From Spirochaetota bacterium (GTDB taxonomy: Bacteria > Spirochaetota > UBA4802 > UBA5550): a stretch of DNA of 64,000 bases. Made by a program: the position numbers and the translations under genes. This document shows positions 37,295-46,864 of this stretch, piece by piece. The notes under the pieces are model-generated. The model saw nothing but the letters and a program-made list of their open reading frames with translations, ran no database searches and was not told the DNA's origin. The DNA lies in the NCBI GenBank assembly GCA_017999915.1, contig JAGNKX010000007.1:64488-128487 (forward strand), in the 5' to 3' direction. Position 1 is the stretch's first letter, and each line of letters opens with the position of its first letter.

Positions 37295-37495
37295 TGGAAT
37301 AGCGACCCCCCCGTCCCCCTGAGGGGGCGTGAATTAAAAAAATTATTCATTATTACTATAATCTCAATGCTAAAATGAACTTATATTGTCGCACGTATAG
37401 TACATAAATCATTTGGTCAATACTATTATAAACACCTTCCCACATGCCCCCTACGGGGGACAGGGGGGGCATCAGGCCGGGGGGTGAGGCGGCGC

Positions 37496-38287
37496 TCATG
37501 GCGACGGAGCCTGCTCTGACCCCAGTGGCGCCAGGGTCAGCTCGTCCCCTATGGCCATCCCGTACTTCTCCGCGATGGATCTCTCGCGCAGGGTCAGCTC
37601 GATAAACCCGGAGCTCCCCCGTAACATGCCGCACTGCCCCTTGAAGAGGTCGCCGTAGGCGCGCACGCAGATCGATTTGATCCGGTATCGCTCTGAAGAG
37701 ACCGAATACAATGAGCAGGCCTCAAAGTCAATTGTATTTACCGGGAGAGACGTTATGGCATTGCCGAATTTATCGATATGGAGGATGAGGCAGGTCAGGG
37801 CGTTCCCCGATGCAGAGAACCGCGGGAAGTCACTCTGTATTACCGATACCGCCGGGGTCCCGAATTCTTCGGGCTTCGCTCCCCGGGCGAGACCGGCCGC
37901 GACCGGGGCGAAAACGTCCCTGCCGTGAAAGGTGCGGGAGGCCTTTTTGAACAGCGACATGTCGATGTGGTACACCGCGGTGATATCGGACATCACCGCG
38001 GAGATGACGCCGTTGTCGGCCATGACGAACCGGTACCGGCCGTCCGACGCAATGATCCCTTCGCGGCCGGTGCCCACGCCGGGATCGACGATGACGCAGA
38101 AGACTGTTCCCTCCGGGAAAAACCGGTACGACGAGTGCAGGATGAACTGGGCGTTCAGGATCGAATAAGATTGAACGGAGTGGCTTATGTCGATGATGTC
38201 GACGCCGGGGGACAGGCTTTTAATCACGCCCTTGACGACGCCGACAAAGTGGTCGGTGTATCCGAAATCCGTAATAAGAGCGACCAT
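37496..38287 (-). CDS. SAM hydroxide adenosyltransferase / SAM-dependent chlorinase-fluorinase family (DUF62)
   Basis: ALITDFGYTDHFVGVVKGVI, DISH, VDPGVGT, ADNGV, FHGRDVFAPVAA. Confidence 0.8.
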   Translation of the reverse strand: MVALITDFGYTDHFVGVVKGVIKSLSPGVDIIDISHSVQSYSILNAQFILHSSYRFFPEGTVFCVIVDPGVGTGREGIIASDGRYRFVMADNGVISAVMSDITAVYHIDMSLFKKASRTFHGRDVFAPVAAGLARGAKPEEFGTPAVSVIQSDFPRFSASGNALTCLILHIDKFGNAITSLPVNTIDFEACSLYSVSSERYRIKSICVRAYGDLFKGQCGMLRGSSGFIELTLRERSIAEKYGMAIGDELTLAPLGSEQAPSP

Positions 38288-38425
38288 GAAGACCTTCTTT
38301 TCAATTTATCATTACTCTGCACGCTAGTACAAGTCAATCCTTTTTGAAGTTTAATCCTGTCCAGTTTAACAAAAAAAAGTTGAAAAATATGAACGTTTTG
38401 ATTATGGTAATGGATAGATGTATTT

Positions 38426-38486
38426 GACTTGTTCTATGGCTGCTTATAATCAGTAATATGCTGATTGTTGGGTTATGCAACAAGTC
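38426..38486. repeat. second copy-like small inverted-repeat element
   Basis: gacttgtt (38426-33) pairs with aacaagtc (38479-86). It shares tatgcaacaagtct with the element at 32758..32866. Confidence 0.45.
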
Positions 38487-38550
38487 TGATAATGATAAAT
38501 CTTTATCCGGTAGGTCGGCCCTGATGCCCGATAAAAGATAAAATAAATCT

Positions 38551-39006
38551 ATGGAGAATGCAATGAAAAAACTAGCTCTTTTTTTTGTCGTTGTCTTTGC
38601 GGTATCGGCCTTCGCTCAGGATAAATCTGCTGCGAAATTCGTTAAGTCAGACAAGATCAAGATAAGCCTGTCCACTATCTCCCTGGAAAAGTACGGTCCC
38701 GCGAAAGAGGACAAGACCTTCAAGGCGGGTGAGAGCGTCTTCATCAACCTTGAGATGAAAGGGCTTGAGGCCAATGACCAGGGCCAGGTGGTAGTCCAGG
38801 CCGATCTCAGCGTTCCCCAGTTGAGCCTCGACAAAAAGAACCTCATTGACGGCTCCACGGGCGCCGAGGATGTGGTGCCGATGTATTTCGAGATCCCCAT
38901 CGGCTCGGTGCAGAAAGGCGGCACCTGCTTCGTGAAGATCACCGTGCGCGACATGGTGGCCAAGACCTTCGTCGAATTCAACACGACGTTCCTGCTGGCT
39001 AAATAG
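38551..39006 (+). CDS. small secreted protein, unknown function
   Basis: Signal peptide MKKLALFFVVVFAVSAFAQD, with a beta-rich remainder. Confidence 0.5.
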   Translation: MENAMKKLALFFVVVFAVSAFAQDKSAAKFVKSDKIKISLSTISLEKYGPAKEDKTFKAGESVFINLEMKGLEANDQGQVVVQADLSVPQLSLDKKNLIDGSTGAEDVVPMYFEIPIGSVQKGGTCFVKITVRDMVAKTFVEFNTTFLLAK

Positions 39007-39047
39007 CGACCCCTTGACATCCGGCGGGGCTATTCGAGACAACCCCG

Positions 39048-39752
39048 TCAGAGCACGAAAATCGTCCCCAGGTCAACGGCACGGGATGTGCCGAGGGGGA
39101 CGATTTTTTTTCCCCGGCTCTCGATAAAATCCGCAATGGCGCCGTAATCGGGATGATGGGCCAGGGCGCCGGAGCAGAGCACCATGGCGTCACAGGGCCC
39201 GGTGGCGCCCCCGATAAACCCGTACCCGTACCCGGGCAAGTCGATGTGCCCCGGTACGATCTGGAGCGATACGAGACCCCTGGACAAAGCCGCCCTGTGT
39301 ATCGACACGTCGGCTGTGATGATGGATAAATCGTCGACAATGAGGGTGGAGCACCTGGCGTAGCCCTGGTTCACGGCCGCGGCTGCGATGTTTTTTGATA
39401 GAAGATACTCTTCAACAAGGGGGTCAGAGCCTACCGGATGTTTAAAGGCCCAGGGGCCCGCGCAGGCGATGTTATAGGGAACGTCGCCCGGGTATGCCTT
39501 TAGGAGCTTCGTTGAACAGATGGTCACTTCCGCGTATTGTTCCAATGCCGATACGAATGACAGGGAAATATCGGGGTGGCAGAAGACACGCTCCCCGTGA
39601 ACGAAAACCTGTATGTCCGGATGGCCGGCCAGGGGCGCATCGACCCGATCGGTTTTCGGAATCGGGATCGGCTCGATATCCATTTTCTTTAGATTGCCGA
39701 TGATTTCCCCGGACGCGTCAGGATTGATAATGGCGATTCGTTTCATGGGCAC
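39048..39752 (-). CDS. conserved hypothetical protein
   Basis: 234-aa ORF with coding-like composition and motifs GHPDIQ and GG.TG. I do not recognise the family with confidence. Confidence 0.5.
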   Translation of the reverse strand: MPMKRIAIINPDASGEIIGNLKKMDIEPIPIPKTDRVDAPLAGHPDIQVFVHGERVFCHPDISLSFVSALEQYAEVTICSTKLLKAYPGDVPYNIACAGPWAFKHPVGSDPLVEEYLLSKNIAAAAVNQGYARCSTLIVDDLSIITADVSIHRAALSRGLVSLQIVPGHIDLPGYGYGFIGGATGPCDAMVLCSGALAHHPDYGAIADFIESRGKKIVPLGTSRAVDLGTIFVL

Positions 39753-39829
39753 TCAAAAAGTATTGACATGGATTTTCCCGTGCAATGATTATGGAATGCA
39801 AGAAGTTTTTTTATCCGTTTGCGGACGTT

Positions 39830-39952
39830 CCCTCACCCCGCCTCCGGCGCGCCCTCTCCCATGAAGCTTGGGAAAAAGGAGAGGGCTCCTCTACAAGCTC
39901 CCCCTCTCCTTTCTTCAATTCTTAATGGGAGAGGGGGCTGGGGGGTGAGGGG
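39830..39952. repeat. GC-rich MITE/REP-like element, copy B (inverted relative to copy A)
   Basis: ccctcaccccgcc ... ggggggtgagggg termini. The reverse complement aligns with 31432-31560 through ctcccattaagaattgaagaaaggaga and ccctctccttttt.c..agctt.atgggagag. Confidence 0.7.
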
Positions 39953-39982
39953 AAATATAAATGAATCAGAGCAGGTGCAGCC

Positions 39983-41680
39983 ATGAGATTATCCCGATAC
40001 ATACTCCCCACGTTGAAAGAAGACCCCTCCGACGCCGTGGTCCTGAGCCACCGCCTGATGATGCGGGCCGGCCTCATCCGCAAGGAATCGGCGGGCATGT
40101 ACGTGTACCTGCCCCTGGGCTGGCGGGTGCTCCGCAAGATCATCGGCATCGTGCGGGAGGAGATGGACCGGGCCGGCGCGCTGGAGTGCCTGATGCCGGA
40201 GCTCACCAACGCCGACCTCTGGAAGGAGTCGGGCCGGTGGGACACGATGGGCCCGGAGATGTTCCGCATCCGCGACCGCAACGCCATGGAATACGCCCTG
40301 GCCCCGACCCACGAGGAGGCCTTCACCGCCGCCGTGCGCAGCCTCATTTCGTCGTACCGCGACCTGCCGGTCAACGTGTACCAGATCAACACCAAGTTCC
40401 GCGACGAGATCCGCCCCCGCTTCGGCGTGATCCGCAGCAAGGAATTCATCATGAAGGACGCCTATTCCTTCGATATGGACGAGAAGGGCCTGGAGGAGTC
40501 GTACCAGGCGATGCGGGCCGCCTACCGCCGCGTGTTCGAGCGCTGCGGCCTCGAGACGATCCCGGTGGAGGCCGACACCGGCTCCATGGGCGGGAGCAAC
40601 TCCGAGGAATTCATGGTGGCTTCAGAAGTGGGAGAGGAGTCGCTCCTCCTCTGCGACGCCTGCGGGTACCGGGCCAACCGCGAGAAGGCCGAGTATGGCC
40701 GCCCCGCCGCGGCCGGTTCCGAAGCGCCGAAGGACCTGGTCGAGGTGGCCACGCCGGACGTGAAGACCATCGACGACCTGGTGAAGTTCTTCAACTGCTC
40801 CGGCGATCGCTTTTTAAAAAGCATCATCTACTTGGCAGACGGCAAGCCGGTTATGGCCGTTGTGCCGGGGAGCCGCGAGATTAATGAGTTGAAGCTGGCC
40901 CGGGCCGCCGGCGCGGCCAGCCTTGAGCTGGCCCCCGATACCGTTGTTACTGAAGTCACCGGCGCGCCCGTCGGGTTCGCCGGTCCCGTGACGAAGAAGA
41001 ACATCAGGATCATTTTCGACATATCCGTCAAAGGCGTCGTTAACGGCATCACCGGGGCAAACAAGAAGGATGTCCATTTCGACGGCGTCAACCCGGGCCG
41101 CGATTTTATTATAAAGGAAGAGGCCGATATCACCTGCGCGGAGGAGGGGGATTCCTGCCCCAAGTGCGGCGCGGCCATGTACGTGAAAAAGGGGATCGAG
41201 GTGGGTCATATCTTCAAGCTCGGTTATAAATATACTAAATCGATGAAGGTCAGCGTCCTCAACGAACAGGGAGCGGAGGTGACTCCCATCATGGGCTGTT
41301 ACGGCATCGGCGTGAACCGCACCATGGCCGCCGTGGTTGAGCAGCATAATGACGACAAGGGGATCATCTGGCCGGTTTCCCTGGCGCCCTTTGACATCCA
41401 CCTGGTGGGCCTGGGTAAGGCCGATGACTATATCAAAAAAACCGACGAAATATATGAGCTCCTCGCCGCCGGCGGGTTTGAAGTCCTCTATGACGACCGG
41501 AAGGCCAGTCCCGGCGTCAAGTTCGCCGACGCGGACCTGGTGGGCCTGCCGGTGCGCATCACAATCGGGAAAAACTACTTCCAGACCGGGGAGGCCGAAG
41601 TGAAGCTCCGCAGGGGCGGGGATGTGATGAAGGTTAAAAAAGAGGATCTGGCGGAGAAGGTAAAAGAAATTCTTCGTTAG
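39983..41680 (+). CDS. proS: proline--tRNA ligase (bacterial type with INS editing domain)
   Basis: MRLSRYILPTLKEDPSDAVVLSHRLMMRAGLIRK, FRDE.RPRFG..R..EF.MKDAYSF, class II motifs; 565 aa. Confidence 0.92.
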   Translation: MRLSRYILPTLKEDPSDAVVLSHRLMMRAGLIRKESAGMYVYLPLGWRVLRKIIGIVREEMDRAGALECLMPELTNADLWKESGRWDTMGPEMFRIRDRNAMEYALAPTHEEAFTAAVRSLISSYRDLPVNVYQINTKFRDEIRPRFGVIRSKEFIMKDAYSFDMDEKGLEESYQAMRAAYRRVFERCGLETIPVEADTGSMGGSNSEEFMVASEVGEESLLLCDACGYRANREKAEYGRPAAAGSEAPKDLVEVATPDVKTIDDLVKFFNCSGDRFLKSIIYLADGKPVMAVVPGSREINELKLARAAGAASLELAPDTVVTEVTGAPVGFAGPVTKKNIRIIFDISVKGVVNGITGANKKDVHFDGVNPGRDFIIKEEADITCAEEGDSCPKCGAAMYVKKGIEVGHIFKLGYKYTKSMKVSVLNEQGAEVTPIMGCYGIGVNRTMAAVVEQHNDDKGIIWPVSLAPFDIHLVGLGKADDYIKKTDEIYELLAAGGFEVLYDDRKASPGVKFADADLVGLPVRITIGKNYFQTGEAEVKLRRGGDVMKVKKEDLAEKVKEILR

Positions 41681-41720
41681 CGTCTGCTAGCCCCGGGTTT
41701 AAACCCGGGGCTAGCAGACG
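41681..41720 (+). terminator. perfect 40-bp palindrome directly after the proS stop (terminator or protein-binding site)
   Basis: cgtctgctagccccgggttt|aaacccggggctagcagacg. No U-tract follows. Confidence 0.45.
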
Positions 41721-41941
41721 AATGTATCCCCAAAATCCGTTAAAAATCAACCATTCGTTCCTATTAATATTGACAATTAAATATATGTTTTCAAGAATGT
41801 TCGACAATAGCTATACTCAGCTTTTTATCGGCAGCCAATCAAAATCCGGTATGCGCAGGCGCTAACGGGGAGCGAACTACACGCACAGGTGTTATATATA
41901 AATCAAAGGTTCGTAAAATTTTAAAAAAAGGGAGTAAGGAG

Positions 41942-42712
41942 ATGAAGATAGCTGTCTGTCTAAAACAGGTTCCTGACATGGAATCCAAGTTCAAAATCCT
42001 TGAAGACAAAAAAATCGATGAATCACAGATCGCTTTCAAAATCAATGATTTCGATAACTACGCCGTTGAAGCAGCTCTGCAACTGAAAGAGAAGTTCGGC
42101 GGGGAAGTCGTTATCGTTACCTGCGGTCCCGAGCGCGCGGCCAAGGACATCCGCCAGGCCTTCGCGATGGGCGCGGACTGGGGCATCCATGTGAATGACC
42201 CCGCGGTTGAAGCCGGCGACAATTTTGTCGTTGCCTCGACCCTGCAGAAAGCCATTGAAAGCATCGGCGGCGTTGAGCTCGTCCTCACCGGCGTACAGGC
42301 CGAAGACGACCAGGCTGCCGTTACCGGCGTTACTCTGGCCGACCTGATGGGCTGGCCGCACTGCACCAACGTCAAGAAGCTGGAAGTGAACGGCGCCGCC
42401 CTCACGGTGAACCGTGAGCTCGAAGGCGGGCTGAACGAAGTCCTCGAAATGAACGCCCCGGCGGTCCTCACGGTGCAATCAGGCATCAACGAGCCCCGGT
42501 ATCCGACCCTTCCGGGCATCATGAAAGCCAAGAAGAAACGGCTCGATGTCAAGAAAGCCGCCGACATCGGCGCTTCCGCGGCGTCAAAGACCGATTTCAT
42601 AAAGATGTTCTTCCCTGTATCCGAGCACAAGGCGGAAATCATTCAGGGCGATCCGGCGACCGCAGCGGCGAAGCTCGTTGAGAAATTAAAGAATGAAGCC
42701 AAGGTGATATAA
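41942..42712 (+). CDS. etfB: electron transfer flavoprotein beta subunit
   Basis: [12 protein letters not shown], typical length of 256 aa, followed by etfA. Confidence 0.9.
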   Translation: MKIAVCLKQVPDMESKFKILEDKKIDESQIAFKINDFDNYAVEAALQLKEKFGGEVVIVTCGPERAAKDIRQAFAMGADWGIHVNDPAVEAGDNFVVASTLQKAIESIGGVELVLTGVQAEDDQAAVTGVTLADLMGWPHCTNVKKLEVNGAALTVNRELEGGLNEVLEMNAPAVLTVQSGINEPRYPTLPGIMKAKKKRLDVKKAADIGASAASKTDFIKMFFPVSEHKAEIIQGDPATAAAKLVEKLKNEAKVI

Positions 42713-42725
42713 GGAGGACGGAACA

Positions 42726-43676
42726 ATGGCAAAGATATTAGCTATAGCTGAACACAGAAATGGAAAACTGACTGACGCCACCCTTGAGCTCTGCAAGGCA
42801 GCGAAAGCGATCGCGTCCGCAATGGGCGCCGAGCCCGCGGCCGCCATCATGGCGAAAGACGACGCCCTGGCAAAGGAAGTCGCGAAATATATCCCCACCG
42901 TTTTTTGCGTGGCCAATGCCGCTGTCGAGGGCTACAACGCAGACGGTTACACCCAGGGGATCAAGGCCGTTGTGGAATCCCAGGATGTCAAAGGCGTCCT
43001 GATCGCCCACTCCTATGACGGCGTCGACTATGCCGCCAAGGTCGCCATGGCGATCGGCGCCGGCATCGTATCGAACTGCAACAAGGCCCGCGTGGACGGC
43101 GGCAAGGTCGTCTTCACCCGGAACACCTACAACGGAAAGATCCAGGAAGAAAAATCCGTCAATACCGACAAGTTCGTCGCCACCTTCGAAAAGGGCGCTT
43201 TTGACATGGAAGCGGCCGGCGGGGCCGGCGCGGTGACCGCGGTTTCCGCGAACATCGCCAATGTGCGCACCAAGTCCAAGGGCATCATCGAGACGATGGC
43301 GGGCGCCGTTGACATTTCCCAGGCCAAGATCATCGTATCCGGCGGCCGCGGATGCAAAGACGCCGACAAGTACAAGGAATTCATCGTCAGCCTCGCCCAG
43401 AAGATGGGCGGCGAATACGCCGCTTCCCGGCCGGTGGTCGACTCCGGTTGGACCGATGCGGCCCGTCAGGTCGGCCAGTCCGGCAAGACCGTTGCTCCGG
43501 ACCTCTACCTGGCATGCGGCATCTCCGGCGCCATCCAGCACGTTGCCGGCATGAAAGGCTCCAAGTGCATCGTCGCCATCAACAAGGACCCGGAAGCCCC
43601 GATCTTCAACATCGCGGCGTACGGCATCGTGGGCGACCTCTTCGAGGTCATTCCCCAGATCAAAGAGAAGCTCTAA
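42726..43676 (+). CDS. etfA: electron transfer flavoprotein alpha subunit
   Basis: [12 protein letters not shown], and the C-terminal FAD block SRPVVDSGW....[23 protein letters not shown]. Confidence 0.9.
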   Translation: MAKILAIAEHRNGKLTDATLELCKAAKAIASAMGAEPAAAIMAKDDALAKEVAKYIPTVFCVANAAVEGYNADGYTQGIKAVVESQDVKGVLIAHSYDGVDYAAKVAMAIGAGIVSNCNKARVDGGKVVFTRNTYNGKIQEEKSVNTDKFVATFEKGAFDMEAAGGAGAVTAVSANIANVRTKSKGIIETMAGAVDISQAKIIVSGGRGCKDADKYKEFIVSLAQKMGGEYAASRPVVDSGWTDAARQVGQSGKTVAPDLYLACGISGAIQHVAGMKGSKCIVAINKDPEAPIFNIAAYGIVGDLFEVIPQIKEKL

Positions 43677-43700
43677 GACTCGATTGCATATCAATAAAAA

Positions 43701-43727
43701 AGCTGCCCCTTGGGGCAGCTTTTTTTA
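43701..43727 (+). terminator. rho-independent terminator of etfBA
   Basis: agctgccc-cttg-gggcagct followed by T7. Confidence 0.85.
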
Positions 43728-44217
43728 TTGCTCCTTTTCCACGGAGCAGAGGGGAATAGCGAGGATGAAGGCCTTCGCGGCCTCCCTCCTCGCGCTCCTC
43801 CCTCCCGGTCGCTCAGGCGCCGCGACGGGCTTGGCGCTTAACTCGCCCTCATTCACTCTGCTTCGCTTCGTTCGGTGAGGGCTCAGACAACAAGCGCCTA
43901 TCAGTATCCGCCCGTCGGGCGGATGTTTTTGGGGCCGGTATAGTGAATAATTATGTTTATCTGGCATCGCCGGCCAGGAGGGCCGGCGTCGCGAGGATGC
44001 CCCAGGACGGGGCTTCCGGAGCGAAAGGAGTAGTGTTGTTACCACACTCTTCAAAAACAAAAAGACAATCACTTGTTATCAAAAACAGATAAACCAAAAA
44101 GCAATAAATGACATTAACCCATAGCCCCTGTGGGAACGCGCATGGATGCGCGCCTGCATGCGCGTCCAGGATGGACAAAATGCGCATGCCATTGAGGCGG
44201 CGCGGGGGGAGGGATCG

Positions 44218-44255
44218 AAAGGGAGGGGGTGTCCGCGGTGACACCCCCTCCCTTT
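44218..44255 (-). terminator. 16-bp perfect GC-rich hairpin downstream of the OMP gene
   Basis: aaagggagggggtgtc-cgcggt-gacaccccctcccttt. On the minus strand it is followed by TTTCGATCC. Confidence 0.4.
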
Positions 44256-44377
44256 CATAAGTGCCGACCGACCCTCGGTCACCACCCTGCCTTGGTTAAA
44301 GGCAAGAAAAAACTTGATTCCTGCACCAGCAAGAAGAATAGAATCATTAAAGACGGACACCGATACTGGTGAAGTAT

Positions 44378-45124
44378 TTAAAGAGAAGCCTGCCCCGCAG
44401 TAGCGGGAATAGGAAAAATATTAGTCCTGAACATCATCCCGGCCTGGCCTGTCAGGCCGAAGAGATGGGCCAGGTTGCTGTTCGTTCTAAGCAGCTCCGT
44501 AACGTAAAGCTCCCCCTCGGCTCCGAAGAACAGGTCTACGAAGGGCGCCGTCCTGAATCTGAAAAACAGGCCCACGGTGATGCCGAACTGAGACTGGTTA
44601 ATCAGGCTCAGCATATCCATTTTTTTCTTGTATATTTTCAGCACCGGATTGTTGTGCGTCATTTCGGAGGTGACGATATGGGTGTACTTGATTCCGGTGT
44701 GTATCTGGAACGAGAAGATGGAGGCGTTCAGGGACGTCACCAGGGAAAGGGGAAGGCTTATGGTCCATCCCTTTATGTTCAGTTTTGTGTAATACAGGGA
44801 CATCAGGTCGATGTTGGCGGAGGTGATGGGCGTCTTCAGCCTGTAGATGAGCTCGATATTATTGAACCAGAGTCCGGAATGTATGCCCAGAGTGTTGTTG
44901 AACATCTTCTCGAACACAAGGCCGCCGCCGTATCCGGTGGTGAAATCATACTTCATGATCATGTCGCCCCCTTTGCGCTCCCAGTTGCGGTACCAGCCGT
45001 AGGACCCGGCGAACCCGAAAGACGCGTTGGGGGGCGACTCGGCCCCGTCGTCGCCTCGCACCGGCAGGGCCAGGCCCAGCAGCAGCAGGGAGACGACAAG
45101 AAGGCGGATGGATAATTCTTTCAT
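44378..45124 (-). CDS. outer-membrane beta-barrel protein (OmpA-like barrel/porin family)
   Basis: Signal peptide MKELSIRLLVVSLLLLGLALPVRG, with alternating hydrophobic beta-strand patterns and aromatic girdle residues. Confidence 0.6.
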   Translation of the reverse strand: MKELSIRLLVVSLLLLGLALPVRGDDGAESPPNASFGFAGSYGWYRNWERKGGDMIMKYDFTTGYGGGLVFEKMFNNTLGIHSGLWFNNIELIYRLKTPITSANIDLMSLYYTKLNIKGWTISLPLSLVTSLNASIFSFQIHTGIKYTHIVTSEMTHNNPVLKIYKKKMDMLSLINQSQFGITVGLFFRFRTAPFVDLFFGAEGELYVTELLRTNSNLAHLFGLTGQAGMMFRTNIFPIPATAGQASL

Positions 45125-45138
45125 GACGGTGCGGTGCG

Positions 45139-45495
45139 TCAGTTTTTTTCCTCCATGATGCAGGTGCCGTTGAAGATAGAGCCCGACTCTATGGTGAGCT
45201 CCGGGGCGACCAGGTCGCCGCTGGTCTTGCTTTTCTTGAACAGCTCGATCTTCCGCGACGCCTTTATCTTGCCGCTGAAAACGCCGCTCACGTTGACCTC
45301 GCTGGCCCTGACATCGGCGCTGACCTTGGCCTCGCGCCCCACGATGAGCTGGCCTTCGGTCTCGATCTTTCCCTCGAAGGTTCCCTTGATCTTCAACGAA
45401 TTCTTGAACTTGAGATTCCCCTTGAAGGCGATGTCGTCGGCGATGACCGTGTCTATTTTATTTTCGTCTTCCAGTATTTCCTTTGGTTCTGCCAT
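45139..45495 (-). CDS. bactofilin
   Basis: Repetitive beta-helix pattern: IAFKGNLKFKNSLKIKGTFEGKIETEGQLIVGREAKVSADVRASEVNVSGVFSGKIKA... Confidence 0.8.
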   Translation of the reverse strand: MAEPKEILEDENKIDTVIADDIAFKGNLKFKNSLKIKGTFEGKIETEGQLIVGREAKVSADVRASEVNVSGVFSGKIKASRKIELFKKSKTSGDLVAPELTIESGSIFNGTCIMEEKN

Positions 45496-45706
45496 TGATG
45501 TCTCCGTAACATGTAAATTGTTCTGATCGATGATCCCGGTTCAAGCCACCGGGATGATATGATAGTAAAAATAGAATACCGTGTATAAATTGTCAAACAG
45601 TATTATGGGGTATTCACCCATGGGTCCTCCGCGGTCATGGATGCAATTTAAATATTATCATTAAAATAATCTTGCAATATTTGCTGCCCGCCGGCAGTAG
45701 TAGAGC

Positions 45707-46054
45707 ATGGACGATTCGACGGAAACCATACTGAAACAGGCCGTGGAGCTGGGACGGCTCATTCGCGACACGGAGATATACCGCAATTACACCAGCCTGT
45801 CCGAGTCGCTCCTTGCCGATGCCGATTCAGCCAGGCTCTTCGATGAGTACGTGAATCTCGTCCGCACCATAAAGGAGCGCCAGGAGAGGGCGGATATCAT
45901 CGAAAAGTACGAGTTCGAAAACCTGGAGAGCCTGGGGCGCATTGTCTCCGGGAATGAGACCATCATGATGTTCCTGGAGGCGCAGAAAGAGTACCTGGAC
46001 CTGCTCACCAGGATCCAGGAGGAGCTGCAAAACAGCGATGATATTTCGGGCTGA
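45707..46054 (+). CDS. YlbF/YmcA-family protein
   Basis: 115-aa helical protein: A.ELGRLIRDTEIYRNY....SL..D..A..L.DEY. Confidence 0.6.
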   Translation: MDDSTETILKQAVELGRLIRDTEIYRNYTSLSESLLADADSARLFDEYVNLVRTIKERQERADIIEKYEFENLESLGRIVSGNETIMMFLEAQKEYLDLLTRIQEELQNSDDISG

Positions 46055-46336
46055 GTCCAATATGTCGCATTTCAAATATTTATCGACCCGGCCCCTTTAT
46101 TTCTTGACTCGCTGTTTTATATGCTTTTTATTATAAATAATATTGTAACTAATTCACTTGATTCTTGACTTAAGTAACCTGATTGATTATTTTTAAGAAC
46201 AAATCGGTCAAGGCTGTTGCCGGTCAAAATAGCGCGATGGGGATTCGCCCGGAACAATGGAGCCGGAACGGAGATTCCCCGGGGAATTATTTGCAAGCAA
46301 CACGCCATTATTTTAAAAAGGAAAAGAGTGAGGCAT

Positions 46337-46864
46337 ATGCAACCAAATCTTGATAATCTCAAGAAGAAGATCCAGGATAACCGTGATCTGATCGACAGGA
46401 TCACCGTGAAGCTGCCCGGATTCAAGGGATACGTCGAAAAGGCCGAAAGCTACGCCGCCGACAAGATCGTCAGGGAGCTGCTGGCCGACAGGATCCTCGG
46501 CTTCAAGAACGAGGTGAACGCCAAGATGGTCGAGATGGAGAAAAAGCAGGTGAGGGACTGCCTCGGCGATCTCGATTCACTGGCCATGAAGATGGAAACG
46601 GTCATCAGGAAGTGCCGGCACGCCGATTTCGGAAGGGCGGCCGCCCTGTCAAGCATGACCATATCAGAGGACGACAAGAACAGGCTCCTGGAATACGACT
46701 GGAGGCTTATCTCGGCCCTCGATGAACTGGATAAAAAGGTGAGCGAGCTGCGCGCCGCCGCGCCGGAAGCCGCTGGCGCCGCCATCGGCGGCATTGCCGA
46801 TACCCTGCGCGCCTTTGAAAAGAATTTCGACGAGCGAAAAAATGTACTACTGGAGGTAATCTAA
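46337..46864 (+). CDS. all-helical/coiled-coil protein, unknown family; first gene of the SPFH operon
   Basis: Start at internal ATG 46337 with AAAAGGAAAAGAGTGAGG upstream. Its TAA is directly abutted by the ATG of the next gene at 46865. Confidence 0.5.
   Translation: MQPNLDNLKKKIQDNRDLIDRITVKLPGFKGYVEKAESYAADKIVRELLADRILGFKNEVNAKMVEMEKKQVRDCLGDLDSLAMKMETVIRKCRHADFGRAAALSSMTISEDDKNRLLEYDWRLISALDELDKKVSELRAAAPEAAGAAIGGIADTLRAFEKNFDERKNVLLEVI

Noticed and set aside
43725-44360. Three overlapping minus-strand ORFs (115, 95 and 93 aa), and ORF 63717..63914.
   Set aside because: They are translations of GC-rich palindromic repeats (Arg/Pro/Ala-rich). They overlap each other in different frames and have no start context.
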